Below are positions 21,980 through 34,651 of a DNA stretch of 64,000 bases, piece after piece. The stretch is from Entomortierella parvispora E1425. Its lineage: Eukaryota > Fungi > Mortierellomycota. The stretch's first letter is position 1; every line of letters begins with the position of its first letter. The stretch covers positions 682,001-746,000 of the forward strand of contig BQFW01000013.1 in the NCBI GenBank assembly GCA_020891255.1. The letters are read 5' to 3'. Made by a program: the position numbers and the translations under genes. A model generated the notes under the pieces. It was not told the origin of the DNA and did not search any database. It saw nothing but the letters and a program-made list of their open reading frames with translations.

Positions 21980-23928
21980 ATGGCTGCCAACAGAGAGAGG
22001 CGCTCCAATGCGGGAAACCGGTATGGATGATTTTAGCTGGAATCTTGTTTTGTTTTCGCCACCGGCCTGCATTGAACTAATGCCCTACAATTCTCCAATA
22101 GGCTGCGTGCGTTGTTGAATCAGGAAGAGGAGATGGAGGAGCTCTTTGATGACGAGGGAGTGGATGAGGAGTTCGAGATTGAGGGGAAAGGTAAGCAAGG
22201 GCATCAGAATGGTTGAGGGTATGCCATTTGGGTGCATTGCTGACACTAGATTCTTTTATTTCCAAATGCTTTCAGAGCAGGAAGATATTGTCGACTCCGA
22301 TTTTGATCAGTCCAGTGCCGATGAGGAGCCAGAGGATGACGAAGAGGCCAATCTAGGCGAAGACCCCGAGGAAGCAAAGGCGCGGAAGAAGCAGCAAGCA
22401 ATGCTCAATCATTTGAAAACAGGGAAATCATCCATGTCTATACCCGGAAGCAGCATTGGCGAAATAGGAGGACGTGTAAAGTCATCTCGCCCAGCCGCAG
22501 CCACAGGAACCTTGTCAGCCTTTAAAAAGAAGACCACGCCAGCCCCTAGGAGGACTTCTAGCTCTGTAGCTACATCGGCAGCAGCATCCCCAGCATCAGC
22601 CATGGAACCCGCCATTAGAATTCCGGCTGAAGTTCGAAAGTCATCTAGAAGAACCACAGTACTCAACAACCAGGAAACGGAACTCAAACTACTTGAGTAC
22701 GAGACCCGGAAGGCAATGATGCCAAAAAGGGAAAAGGTCGTGGTTCACAAGATGACACAGGAGGAGCTATTGGAAGAGGCCAAGAAGACAGAGGAACTCA
22801 ACTTGGCTTCATTACAGGCGTTCAAGGCGATGGAGATGGAGAAAAAAAAAGTGGTCAAGAAGAAGGAAGTCGTCATGGAAAATTTCGTGAGGTATCATTC
22901 GTTTGCGGAATGGATTGGTCATGGGCCTTTGATCCAAGACCTGGCAGATACAGGGGCCGCAACCCCCGGAGGTACGAGGCCATCCAGTCGACCAGGATCA
23001 AGAAATGCGAGTAGACCAGGATCAAGAAATGGGAGTAGACCAGGATCACGATCAGGCAGTGTAGCACCAGAAGTGACGCCGACACAGTATGGGCAGCATG
23101 GAGGAGGGGTTCCACCGCAAAGCCTGGCGCAGTCTTTGGCTCAGTCTTTGCTCCAACAGCAAAAACCACGTTCGATTTCAAACTCCAGAGACTCAAGTCC
23201 AAACAGGAGCCAACTCAGGGTGGAGTTTAGTGGCGCGGATAGTCCAAGTGGAGGAGGTTACCGGACGCCAGGCTCCCCCATGAGCATTGATATGGGAGGT
23301 CAGGATGTAGAAATGGGCTCCCCAATGGAGAGCGGGGCGATAACACCGGTCCAATTTGCGACTATGAACATGTCGGCCGGATCGATTGCTCGCAAGCGAA
23401 AGCGATTGCACCCAAGCCAAATGTGTGGACGAAACTGGGTCACTTTTATGGGATACGACGAGCAGGATGCCCCCTTGAACGAATGGTCCTACGTTGAGAA
23501 CTGTGAGTTTTGCGGCCCTTCATGGTTGATACTATACTTGTATAAACTGGTTTCTAACATTTCCTTTCTAATTGCATGTAGATCCAGAGCGGAAGCCAGT
23601 GTGTCCTATTACAGGACTGCCAGCAAAATACAAGGATCCAAAGAGTGGCATTCCCTATGCAAACAAGGAGGCTTACAAGATCCTCCAAAACGTGATACGC
23701 CATGGCTATGTGTGGTCTCCAGGACTGAATGCCTACTGCCACGATGTCGCCCAACCCCTGCCAAAGGGCGTGCCAGCAGGAATGGCCGAAGCCTTGGTGG
23801 GAGGACAGCAAGTGGGTGGAGGTATTGTTCTGAAGGATGGAGATTTGGTTTCCGCAGGAGTTTCGGGAGGCGGTGGCGGCGGCGGCGGCTACACGTACCG
23901 GAAGCGGCAATCCTATGCGCAGGAGTAA
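21980..23928 (+). CDS. VPS72: SWR1 complex subunit Vps72/YL1 (567 aa); exons 21980-22020, 22102-22190, 22276-23502, 23582-23928
   Basis: N-terminal RERRSNAGNR and EDIVDSDFD, central MTQEELLEEAKKTEELNLASL, and YL1_C motif CPITGLPAKYKDPKSGIPYAN. Confidence 0.94.
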
Positions 23929-24226
23929 GGAAGGCATACTTATTCCCTCTCAGGCGCCTGTATAATAAACCATCCTCTTTACCGCATCATACCACACATG
24001 CATGGCAATGATTCAGCGCCACCAATTTTTAAACTGTTAAGAGACACCCGCCAAAATTTTTGAGACTGCAAAAAAAAAAAAAGGATGTCATGTTCGCGTT
24101 CACCCCGATCACTTGCGACGATCGAACGTCTTTTCACCTTCAACTCCAACCCCTCCAGTACTCCATACCACGATCCGAACAACCCTGTTCACTCTCAGAC
24201 GTTTTGTTCCACCTTTCAGTACGACC

Positions 24227-27150
24227 ATGGTACTTGGTCCACTCTCTCTCTCGCGATCTCGCTCAAAGAAGCGGTGTATCATCCTATCAATCTCGGCGTT
24301 GATACTATGGCTCTATGCGACTTCGGGATCATCTAGTGTCAGCAGCACAGTCGACTATCTGACCCGACCAGCACTTCACTCTCAGATGTTGGACCATCTC
24401 AACAGACCACTTTGTCCACGATTTAATAAGTATGATCGACAAAAGCTGTTACTCCTTGAGCCAAACGAGTGTACACCCATTCAATCAAGCCACCCCGACT
24501 TCTCGGCCGATCTCTGCTTCTCGCCGTTTACTTGCAATGAGGGATTGGTCCGTGTTCGCCGTCGCGATCGAGTAGGTCATTGCGTTGAATGGGCTTAGCT
24601 TGTCTTTTGATACGATCTGAAGAATATTTTTGTGTTGTTCGCGTTTCTTTCTGACTCTCTTTCTATCTGCGCGGGAACAAGGCTCTTTGTCGAGAAGCCA
24701 ATTTAAAGTATCCCATCTCAGAGAACGCGACCCACGATGCTTTCCACAGACAGTTTTCTGGACCAGATTCCTTCCACGTTGTTTTTAGTGGCTCTGAAAA
24801 GTTGTCACCACCAGACTGGTACCATGCTGGTCAATGTCTCTATGTCTTTCCCTTCCATATCTCCAACCCGGGCAAGCTCACATTGGATATCACGCATTTG
24901 TACGATAATTTTGGAGCTGTGGTCGAGCAGTCGGATGGATGGCCAGTCTTGACACAAAAAAAAGTGGTCTCGAATCTTCCCCTCGAAGTATGTCGAGGTT
25001 GTCCTTCCAGAGTGGCTGCTCCAAGATTTCAGCAGGAAGAACAGGAATCAAGCACAGACGGAAAGGACACAGTACCAGTTTCTGGAGCGATTGCCAAGAA
25101 CCTGTACCTGGCCTACGCCACCAAAGGAAAAACACGCCTTGAACAGTCGGATAAAGGGCTTCCTCCCTGTTCAAAGGATTTGGCTGTCCAAGGAATCTGG
25201 CTCCCTGCCCACCCGACCGATAAACAGAGCTGGCGTCGAGCAAACTATACTTGGACACCACTGGGGTGCACTTTTGGAAAGCCATTGGATCCCGCTTGTC
25301 TTGAGCGCAAAAAGAAGGCCTCCAAAATATTGTTCCAAGGTGATAATCATCTCAGAGTCGCTATGGAGCATCTTTTGCAGCGACTCAAGGGATCGACCAC
25401 AATTCTGAACTCGAGTAAGGAAAAACTAGACGCTGTTACCGTCGCCTAAAAGTATTGTTTCGAATGGACTGACGTAAAAAAATCCTTTATTGAATAGCTA
25501 CGACTGCTGCAGAGAAGATGTCAGAGACAATAGGATCGACCACTTTGATGTACATGCACGACCCAATGTTCACCCAGACTGGAGAAAAAACCGATCTGTT
25601 GGTTGGTAACATGGGTCACGCTGCCACCGGCACAAAGTTTATGGATCAACTCTGGACCACTTCCAACTTTCACGACAGACTTCGGGATATGGTCGACAGA
25701 GTCCAGCAGCAGTCTCGCGATCTTCAAGATCTGGAGGACGAGGACGAGGATGCGACAAGGCGTTTCCTTGATGGCGAATATGGGAGCGAAGCCGATGATG
25801 ATGATGGTCACGACGAAGATGAAGAAGAGGAGGATGAGGAAGAGCTGGAGTTTGAGCACGAGTTGCTGAGACAGGAAAAACAAAAAACGCCCACAGTTGC
25901 AGAGAGTATCGAGGTCTACTGGGCAGATGAGACGGAGGAGGAGAACGTCTCAAGTCCGTTCTCGGACGAGGAGCTGGAACAGCTGGAGGAGCAAGAGGAG
26001 GAGGAACGTCTTCGCCGTGAGGCTTTGCAGGAAGAGCTGGATATGATCGAGGACCGATACAGGGTAGCAGAGCGCTATAGAGCCGAGCAGGGGGGGTACG
26101 GGGTGAGAGAACGGTACCGCGACTCGGATGCGACATCTGAGAGAGCTCGCCTTCGCTACCCAAACAATCATGTCCTGCGCCAAAGTAAATATCACAAGAC
26201 ACCCGAGCAGGCTAACTCCAACGACAGAAAGAGCAATCCTCGTCCCCGTCCATTATACCGGAACGTGGGCCAGAGGAAACCTCTTCATGGTGAAAGCGAC
26301 AAGCTGGGGAGGGCCAGCGAAGGAAAGTCTGCCGCAACGTCATCTAGCCGCCGTGTCAGAGACAGTAGCAAAACCTCAAACGGCAGAAAGGTCGAGAGAA
26401 CCATGAGGGGTACGAGCCGGCCATCAGGATCGAACGAAATCACCTCGGGTCGTTCAAGCGATTCACAGATAGGTCGACCTTCGCGTGAAAACTTCCGAGA
26501 ACCGTATGCTTACAACAACCGAAGGACTACCCAGCCTATTAACCTCAACCTTGGCGACACCAAATCAAAGGACAGCAAGGAAGAACGAGAGGAAATCCCA
26601 ATCCAATCCAAGAACAACAATCTGAACGACAAGTCAAGTGCTAGTTCCAGTACTGGATATCGTATGCTTCACAAGCGTGCTCAACATTCGTCGTCTCCGT
26701 CAGTCGATAACATTCATGATCATAAGCAGCAGGAGCTGCCACTTAAGATGGCATGGGCTGGTATGGTCGCTTACCCAGAAACCCAGCCTGTGTCCGATCC
26801 CATGCTCGGTCACGATTGGCGATCCATTTATCGACTGCGGTACTGGAATCAAATTGCAGAAGAGGTGATGTTGCTGCACAACGTGCGGTTCATGGACTTT
26901 TTTAGCATGACCTTGTCCATGCTGGACACAAGTCCAGATCGAGGCCATTACTTTGGCACAGACGGTAGGTGTTCAACTTGCGTTGTATTGAGCTTTGAGC
27001 TTTGCCCCTTTTGACCATAAACTGATAGCACAGCACTTCCCGACTCTTGCTTCATATTTACTATTAGCTGCCGAGGCCATGCTGGATGAGATGTCCTACA
27101 AGCTTGGACTCTGTGCTGAAGACGAAGCCGAGGACTCCAAAGAGCAGTAA
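24227..27150 (+). CDS. Type II membrane PC-esterase/SGNH-like protein (NXPE/TBL/Cas1p-related) with large charged insertion (875 aa); exons 24227-24571, 24682-25414, 25498-26964, 27068-27150
   Basis: Signal anchor, an Ig-like-looking segment (GPDSFHVV...PGKLTLDI), YTWTPLGC...CL...ILFQGDNHLR and C-terminal DRGHY (DxxH). Splice model is in frame. Confidence 0.8.
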
Positions 27151-27475
27151 TCATAAACTTATCAATCTAGATCGTTAATAAAGAAAAGAATAAGCAGGAA
27201 CATACTGCAAAAGAAAAAAGAAAAAAAAAAGCTATGCAAGATAAGAAAAGGCCGACGCGAAAGTTCGTTCATAATGTTTACTACTCTCGATGACGATGGA
27301 GACAGGGAAGAAAACCAAAAAAAGACCGATATCGGTTATCTGTTCCATGGCAAACAATCCAAACTGTAATTTTGTGGAGGCACAATCAAGAACAGCCAGG
27401 GATCCCCCTCCCAAGATAACAAATTGTTCAGTCTGAAGGGGCTGAGAGCCCTTTTGAATGGTCCAATACAGGATA

Positions 27476-27748
27476 CTATCGATGGCCCGCTGTTGTCCAG
27501 CACTCGTTTTTCCTGTTGACGAGGAAGGCTGCAGAGCAAACGAGATACAAAGATGGATAAGACAGACCACGACAGGTGAAATCACGAGAACAATGGCAAG
27601 GGAAAAAAAGATCTGCAGACAGGGAGCGAGGCATAATACGGAAGCAGCCACAGGTCCCCTTGATACGGCGAAGCAGAAATACGAGAATAAGGATCGGAGC
27701 GGACAGGGTTGAAAAAAAAAGTAGCGACACTTGCAGTCTGTAGTTCAT
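27476..27748 (-). CDS. Candidate small single-pass membrane protein (53 aa if the in-frame 111-nt intron 27529-27639 is spliced, 90 aa if not)
   Basis: ATG directly after CTAACTAG (acceptor of a putative upstream intron 27749-27904). A 20-aa hydrophobic stretch is followed by RRIK and CGC. No homology recognised. Confidence 0.3.
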   Translation of the reverse strand: MNYRLQVSLLFFSTLSAPILILVFLLRRIKGTCGCFRIMPRSLSADLFFPCHCSRDFTCRGLSYPSLYLVCSAAFLVNRKNECWTTAGHR

Positions 27749-28115
27749 CTAGTTAGTCGTAGATGGGTGCGGTCGATGACACTGGTGTTGATCTGCGCCG
27801 TATTGCCACGCATCGCAGGGAGAGGGCAATGGGACAGAGCACGGCCTTGAGGGTGTGTGCGGCGAGTGGGCGACAGAGGAAAGGATGAGATTGTGATTTC
27901 ATACAGAACACAGCGTGGTTCCATGGGCTGAGACCAGAAGATCAAGATAAAAAAAAAGAAGAAAAAAAGTCGGGCCACATAAAAAGACTCGAGGAGCCGG
28001 ATCCTCTTTCAGCTTCTTTCATTCTTCTCATTTCATTCATCATTCCCACTTTCATTCTCACCCTCAACCTTCCTTCTTCTTTTCGTTTCCCCTTCAAAGC
28101 AACCCTATATACACT

Positions 28116-30417
28116 ATGGCTGATATCAAGACCAACCTCGAGTGGACCTCATCCCTCGACATCGATTACCAGCCTGGAAACGTCCGCAAGACCTCCATTA
28201 TCTGCACAATTGGTACGCGATCCGGGAAATGATGGCCTTTCCTTGTCGTTCGATAACTGCCTGCCAAGAGTCTACATCACCTGAGAAACTGACCTCTGAT
28301 GTCTTTATGATGACCTCTTCTTTTCTTTTCTTAGGCCCCAAGACCAACAATGTCGAGATGTTGAGCAAGCTGCGTGATGCCGGCATGAACATTGTCCGCA
28401 TGGTGAGTTGTCCCTCTTTGATTTGTAGGAACATTGAGCGGGCAAGGGAAGGGGGGGCATGTGGCAGCAAGGCAAGGCCGGAGCGTGGGAAGAGATTCCA
28501 AGGCACAGTTTGTTGTGTTTCTGTGTCTGTGTCTGTGTCTGTCTGTGTCTGTGTCTGCATGATTTGTATCTTTTGCCCCAGTCTCTATTCCACGCTGTCT
28601 TTCAATCGTTATCCTACCTTTGGCGATTGCCTCGGACTTATCGCGTAGTGATGAGCGCGCGCGCGGCTGTTTCGTTTCGTCATTGTGCACACCGAAAGAT
28701 CGGAGAAGAGATGAAGGAACCATTCTGAAATTATTTGACTAAAACCGGCTGTCCCGCTGCTATCCTTGTCCTTCCGAATCTTGGTTATCATAGAACTTCA
28801 GCCACGGCTCATACGAATACCACCAGTCCGTGATTGACAATACCCGTCAGAGCTGTCTCGGTAAGTCATTCTGAGGATCAGGACTATTGCCCGCAATCTC
28901 ACTTGTGGGGGGGGGGGGGGAAAGAGCATAGTTCTTATTGCGGTTATACTTTGGTTCTGGCCTGTCTGTGCTTTTTTTGTCACCTGGTCCCGGCTTCTTA
29001 CGATGTCTTCCGTACTCTTACAACCCTCCCTCTTCATATGCTTGACTCGTATTAGAGCACCCTGGTCGCCCCATCGGAATTGCCTTGGACACCAAGGGAC
29101 CCGAGATCCGTACCGGATTGATGAAGGACGACATCGAGGTCCCCGTTACTGCTGGCCACAAGATGATTATTTCCACCAACGACAAGTACGCTGAGGCCTG
29201 CACAGGAGATGTCATGTATGTCGACTACAAGAACTTGACCAAGGTCATTGTCCCCGGCAAGGTCATCTATGTCGATGATGGTGTCCTTTCCTTCAAGGTT
29301 CTCTCTGTTGAGGATGATCATGTCAAGGTCGAGTGCATCAACAACGGCAAGCTCTGCTCCCGCAAGGGTGTGAACCTGCCAAAGACCGAGGTTGATCTTC
29401 CAGCTTTGTCAGAGAAGGACAAGAAGGACCTTGCGTTCGGTGTCAAGAACAACGTCGACATTGTGTTTGCTTCCTTTATTCGCCGCGCCGACGATGTCCG
29501 TGAGATCCGCAAGGTGTTGGGCGAGGAAGGCAAGCACATCAAGATTATCAGCAAGATCGAGAACCACCAGGGAGTCAAGAACTTTGACGAGATCTTGGAA
29601 GTCACTGACGGCATCATGGTCGCTCGTGGCGATCTTGGAATCGAGATTCCTTGCACACAAGTCTTTGTTGCCCAGAAGATGATGATCTCCAAGTGCAATT
29701 TGGTCGGAAAGCCCGTCATTTGCGCCACCCAGATGCTCGAGTCCATGACTGTAAGTGGCTCACCAATTGTTTGCTCATACCAAGCTTGATGTTTGTAGTT
29801 AATTAACCGTTGCTCTTTTCTTTGGACAGTATAACCCTCGTCCCACTCGTGCTGAAGTCTCTGATGTTGCCAACGCTGTCCTCGATGGAGCTGATTGCGT
29901 GATGTTGTCAGGAGAGACCGCAAAGGGTTCATACCCCCTCGAAGCTGTTCATACCATGGATGAGACCTGTGTCCTCGCTGAGAGCGCCATCTGCTACCCA
30001 CCATTGTTCAACGAGCTCCGTCAGCTCCAACAGAGACCCACCGAGACCACCGAGACTGTTGCATCCTCCGCTGTGTCTGCAGCTCATGAGCAGGATGCTG
30101 GCGCCATTGTTGTTCTCTCAACTTCGGGAGATTCCGCACGCCTCGTCTCAAAGTACAGACCCAAGGCCAACATCATCATTGTGACACGCAAGGAGTCGAC
30201 CGCTCGCAACATTCACCTTTCTCGTGGTTGCTATCCCTTCCTCTACAAGGAACCCAAGGTCCAAGACTGGCAGGAGGATGTTGATAACAGATTGCGCTGG
30301 GGTATGGACCAGGCCATCAAGGAGGGTCTTTTGAAGTCTGGCCAGTCCGTGATTGTCATCCAAGGATTCCGTTCCGGATATGGCAACACCAACACCATGC
30401 GTATTGTTGTCGCTTAA
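28116..30417 (+). CDS. PYK1: Pyruvate kinase (504 aa); exons 28116-28212, 28335-28402, 28794-28860, 29056-29750, 29830-30417
   Basis: Motifs [63 protein letters not shown] and MLSGETAKG. Confidence 0.98.
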
Positions 30418-30808
30418 GAGAACTGTCCGTTTCCCACTCAGATAGCCCTCCCATCTCCGCGAGCACATGTCCGTGCATGGCGTGGTTCGCATTTGTATAA
30501 AGTCCTTTCTAATCCTTATCAAGCTATCACTCGAGTTTGATTGCAGCCCTTCAACGTCATTGCTTTGCTCAAACAAAGGTCCGCCACCCTCCTTGGAACG
30601 AATCGGATCAAGGAGAATTTTTTTTGGTGGCGCCTGTCTTTTCAGGAAATGAAATTTGAGGGTGTACTGCTCGCATCGTACATACATTTTCCCGCTCTTC
30701 TCCATCTGCCTTCACTTTCATTCCCAGTCCATTCATCCCGTCCCAATTCCCATTCAACCACTGCCCATTACCTCCACGCACTGTACGGATGACCTGAGCA
30801 CATAGCAC

Positions 30809-32890
30809 ATGGGTGTCATCGACCTGAATTGCCTTGCCCTCAATGGCACCCGACTTGTTGGCCTCTCGGTGGAGGTGCCGGAGGCAGACTTCCTGAAGAA
30901 CAGCAGCAACAGTTCCGCCGTTATCTTGGTCGAGACATCCATGGCGAATCCTTCGACCCTCAACGACCTAAAATCTCTATCTGTGATATCTGTATGGAAG
31001 CGGAATTTGTCGAGCATACAGTTCAATGCCATGGAGTTTATGTGTCATATCGATCCAACTACAGGGATATTCTCTGCTATTTATTCGTCCAACCTTGTCA
31101 TCCCAGACACAGCGAGTGCTGCCCATCCTGCTGGAGGGTTTCAGTACAACCCAGCAACATCTACTTGGTCAAACATCGCACTCAGTCCAGATTACACGTG
31201 GGACCAAAAGCCACAGACTTCATTCACCATCTTTACTTGGCCAAACACCACAACGCTCTATCAGGCGACCATTGGAAATTCGAGCGCGATCAACATTGGG
31301 GTGCTCTCTCCTGGTAGCACCAATGGAGCAAACGCCACATTAGTCAATTACTTCAACTGGACTTTGGTAAAATTCGTTGGCTTGTTTGCAAGGGGGGTGT
31401 TGTGCTGTTGCTGCGGAACCCAAGACTAAACAATTTGATACTTGAATCTCCTAGGACCCAACTCTTTATGGGTATCCTCGACAGCTAGCTTACGGCAACA
31501 ATGCGATATATCAGATCGGAAGCATTATTACAAACACCAACACTGGAGCCCAGGATGTCATGATCGCCGTGATCCCTCTTACTTCAGACCCGGATACCTT
31601 TGTTCCACCAAAGTCCCCTGTCTCAATCAGCTCGTCGGCTCTGGACCAGTGTGGCCCAGGATTACCAACGGCATCATCAACATTTTACGCAGATTCGCTC
31701 TACCTCTTTTGCTCGGTAAGACCTCTTCTCTGATAGTTTGGGAATACATTGTTGGTTTGGTGTGATGACAGCGATAGTTCTGTGCTTGTATGAGACTCTC
31801 GTGACTTATTTCGGGGATTATTGTTGCATTGTATCCTACCTTTCTTTAGAATTATACCCTCAACCAAGACAACACGTTCCCAGGAGATGGAAACAATGGA
31901 GGTTTTGTTTTCAAGTACCAGCAAGGAGGAAATCTCACAGGCATTTTCAACACGATGCTCGACATCCGATACGAATTTCTTGGTCCTTACCAAGCCATGC
32001 CCCGAGGCGGAAACGGGAACGACGTGTGGTGTCCATCACTCAGCAGCACCGAAATCATCATCGTGGGCTTGGACGATATCAATCTTGGAAACGTGACCGT
32101 GGGACAGGGTCTTAACAGCATTGGTGTTCCATACGGCATGCCAGAGAGTTTCCATGAACCCAATTATAAAGCTATCATTGGAGGGTCTGTGGCCGGCGCC
32201 GTGGTACTGCTAGTGCTGATAGTTCTTGCTGTCAGACGCTGGTGTTGGCAAAAATGGAGGGACGCTTACTGGGCACCACGACGGGATCGATTGAAAGCAA
32301 AGCTGGTGGAGATGCTGACAAAGGATGAACGGCCTTCTGGGGAGCACAGTGAGACCAAGGTACTGCATGGCGGTGAGGATAACGAGCACAAGGTGGAGGA
32401 AATCTCCATGAACTCGTTTGAAATGTATGATCAGGGCAAAATCTTGGTGACGGACGATATGGAGTTGGACGGGAACATTGTTGATCTCAACACTGCCTAT
32501 ATGGGAGGAGTAGTGCTGGAGCATCATCCTCGGCCAAACATTGTCACGGTTTTACAGGATACTGGCTCAGCTCCCCCTGATGTCGAACGGTCAAGATTTA
32601 ATCAATCGCACCCTTTACAACAAACCAGCATTGCAGACAGGAGAGTTCGGGGTCCTCAAGCGCTTCCTGTTAACTCAGCGATGCTGTCAGAAGAACACCA
32701 ATCTCCTGAAGTAGAGGGCGTTGGAGCCAGCAGCAGCCACAACAACAGTCACCGCAAGTCTGAAGAAGCGGAAGACGCAGCACTACCGGCCTACGAAGAT
32801 GAACTATCACCACCGCCGACATTCCAAGCAATCGAACCTCCATCGGCGCCACCCAACCCTACGAGGGATAGCCCAGAGAGTCCACTCTGA
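30809..32890 (+). CDS. Single-pass receptor-like membrane protein with N-glycosylated beta-rich ectodomain (619 aa modelled); exons 30809-31366, 31455-31715, 31850-32890
   Basis: Splice model is in frame. Many NxS/T sequons, TM IIGGSVAGAVVLLVLIVLAV followed by RR, cytoplasmic LPAY. No clear signal peptide, so the 5' end may be incomplete. Confidence 0.8.
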
Positions 32891-33303
32891 GACGCGACCA
32901 CAACTTGTATATTTTTGTACCATCAATAATAAAAAAAAATAAAAAAAGAATAAAAAGGCAGAGCGAGAATCTACCAAGGAAAAGGAGGCCATCAGTGGTG
33001 ACGCGGTCGCTCATGGGGCCATCCCTCAGATGTGCGATAAAGACTGACGGCGGCATCGAATCTGCAGCACTGTTTTTTATTTGGTCAGATCCGTCCAACG
33101 GTCATGTTGCTCTCAAACATTGAGGTCATGATCGTCCTTGAATAAAATAAAATCCAAAACAGACCTTGTGAGGCACAAGCGCGTCATTGCGCATCATGAT
33201 CATTTGGTGCCGTCGCTGACCCATTACCTTTTGATATAAGAAGGCGGGAGGCTCATCTTTTTCTTCATCATCCCCATAACCCTTTCATAACCAACTACAA
33301 AGA

Positions 33304-34252
33304 ATGACCACGGGTAAAAAAAACAAAGAAGAGACTACGCCTGGTTTCCTGCATGAACAACCTTCAACAATTCAGGCTAACGGCGATTCCTTCTTGTCCT
33401 TGTCTCGAGAGTAGCATCCAACCAAACACACACAAAAACGACGGAGGAACTTGACAAGTTCCTCCAGGAGCGTCCTGCACCCGAAGAACTCGTCGAAAAG
33501 AACATCCTCAAAGGTATGTCCTTGACGTTTGGAGTAGTTATGTTCTTGCGCTGATCCTTAACTTGGAACTCAACATCTGATGACCGCCCGTATTTTTGAT
33601 TGTCGTCCTTTAGAGCCTCACGTTGCCCCGGCGTTGCAGGCTCAGGCTGAAGAGCTAAGGCGATCACAACTCGAGGATGCACTCAACACAAAACTGGAGC
33701 ATCGACCCCCGATTTCAGAGCTGGTAGAACACAATATCCTGCATGAGCCCCACGTTGCCCCCACCCTGCAGGCGCAAGCGGATGACTTGAAGAGGTCTCA
33801 GCTTGAAGACACCCTGAACACCAAATTGGAGCACCGTCCACCCGTTTCCGAACTGGTGGAGCACAACATTCTTCATGGTACGAACAGAATACTAACAGGA
33901 CAATGTAGAAATGGAAAAGAGAATGCTGATTACCGCATCTATCTTTGTGGGGCCTAGATCCCACTGTGTCGCCTGCACTTCAAGCCCACGCAGACGAGTT
34001 GAGGCGACAGCAGCTCGAAGACAAGCTGAACGCAAAACTGCAGGATCGACCCTCCCCTGGCACTCTGGTCGAAAAGAACATCCTTGGTAAGCGCAATGCT
34101 TTTTCGCTATGGTGCACGTCACCTAGTCGCGACAAAAACGTGGAAATCCCATAAAGAAGAAAGCGAGGCCTTTTGATCGTAAAGGCCCCGTAGTTTGATT
34201 GATGCTTTTCACATCTTCAGGGCTACGATGCTATTTTCGCCTACAGCCTTGA
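33304..34252 (+). CDS. RPEL-repeat (G-actin-binding) protein with four repeats (~177 aa); exons 33304-33313, 33415-33513, 33614-33877, 33958-34086; last exon uncertain
   Basis: Four L..KL..RP...ELVE.NIL motifs. The final acceptor could be 34220 or 34246. Confidence 0.9.
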
Positions 34253-34651
34253 CGGCAACTTTGCTATTGAGAGAGATAGCCGTGTTTAAGGGTATTTTTG
34301 TAACCATGTCGCAATGGCAGTCTACTTAAGGGTGTATTGTACCTTCCTGGCCATCAACAGCCCAACGGCCAGGGCCACCAACGCGTTTTTGTTTCGTGTC
34401 CTCGGTGTTGATTCTTTTCTTCTCCTCGCTGTCCCGTTGACTCAACCCTTACCACAACACAGACACTTCTGCACTCCATCAGCTTACTCGTCTGTCACCA
34501 CTCAACTTCCCCCGTCAACTCATAACATCGGTATTGCATCTCGAGCTCGCTGCAAGCACCTTTTTTTCCCTTGGGCTGCAATAATCTCTGCAGCTTCTCT
34601 GACCTTGTCTTTCTTGTTTTCCTTTTCATGACAACCTTTATTTACTGTAGT

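Noticed and set aside
28510-28920. (TGTGTC)n tract and G14 run in PYK1 introns
   Set aside because: Ordinary simple-sequence repeats with no further structure.
33614-33877. Tandem 132-bp repeats considered as a CRISPR-like or guide array beside the Fanzor gene
   Set aside because: They are coding RPEL repeats with synonymous divergence and no repeat-spacer structure.
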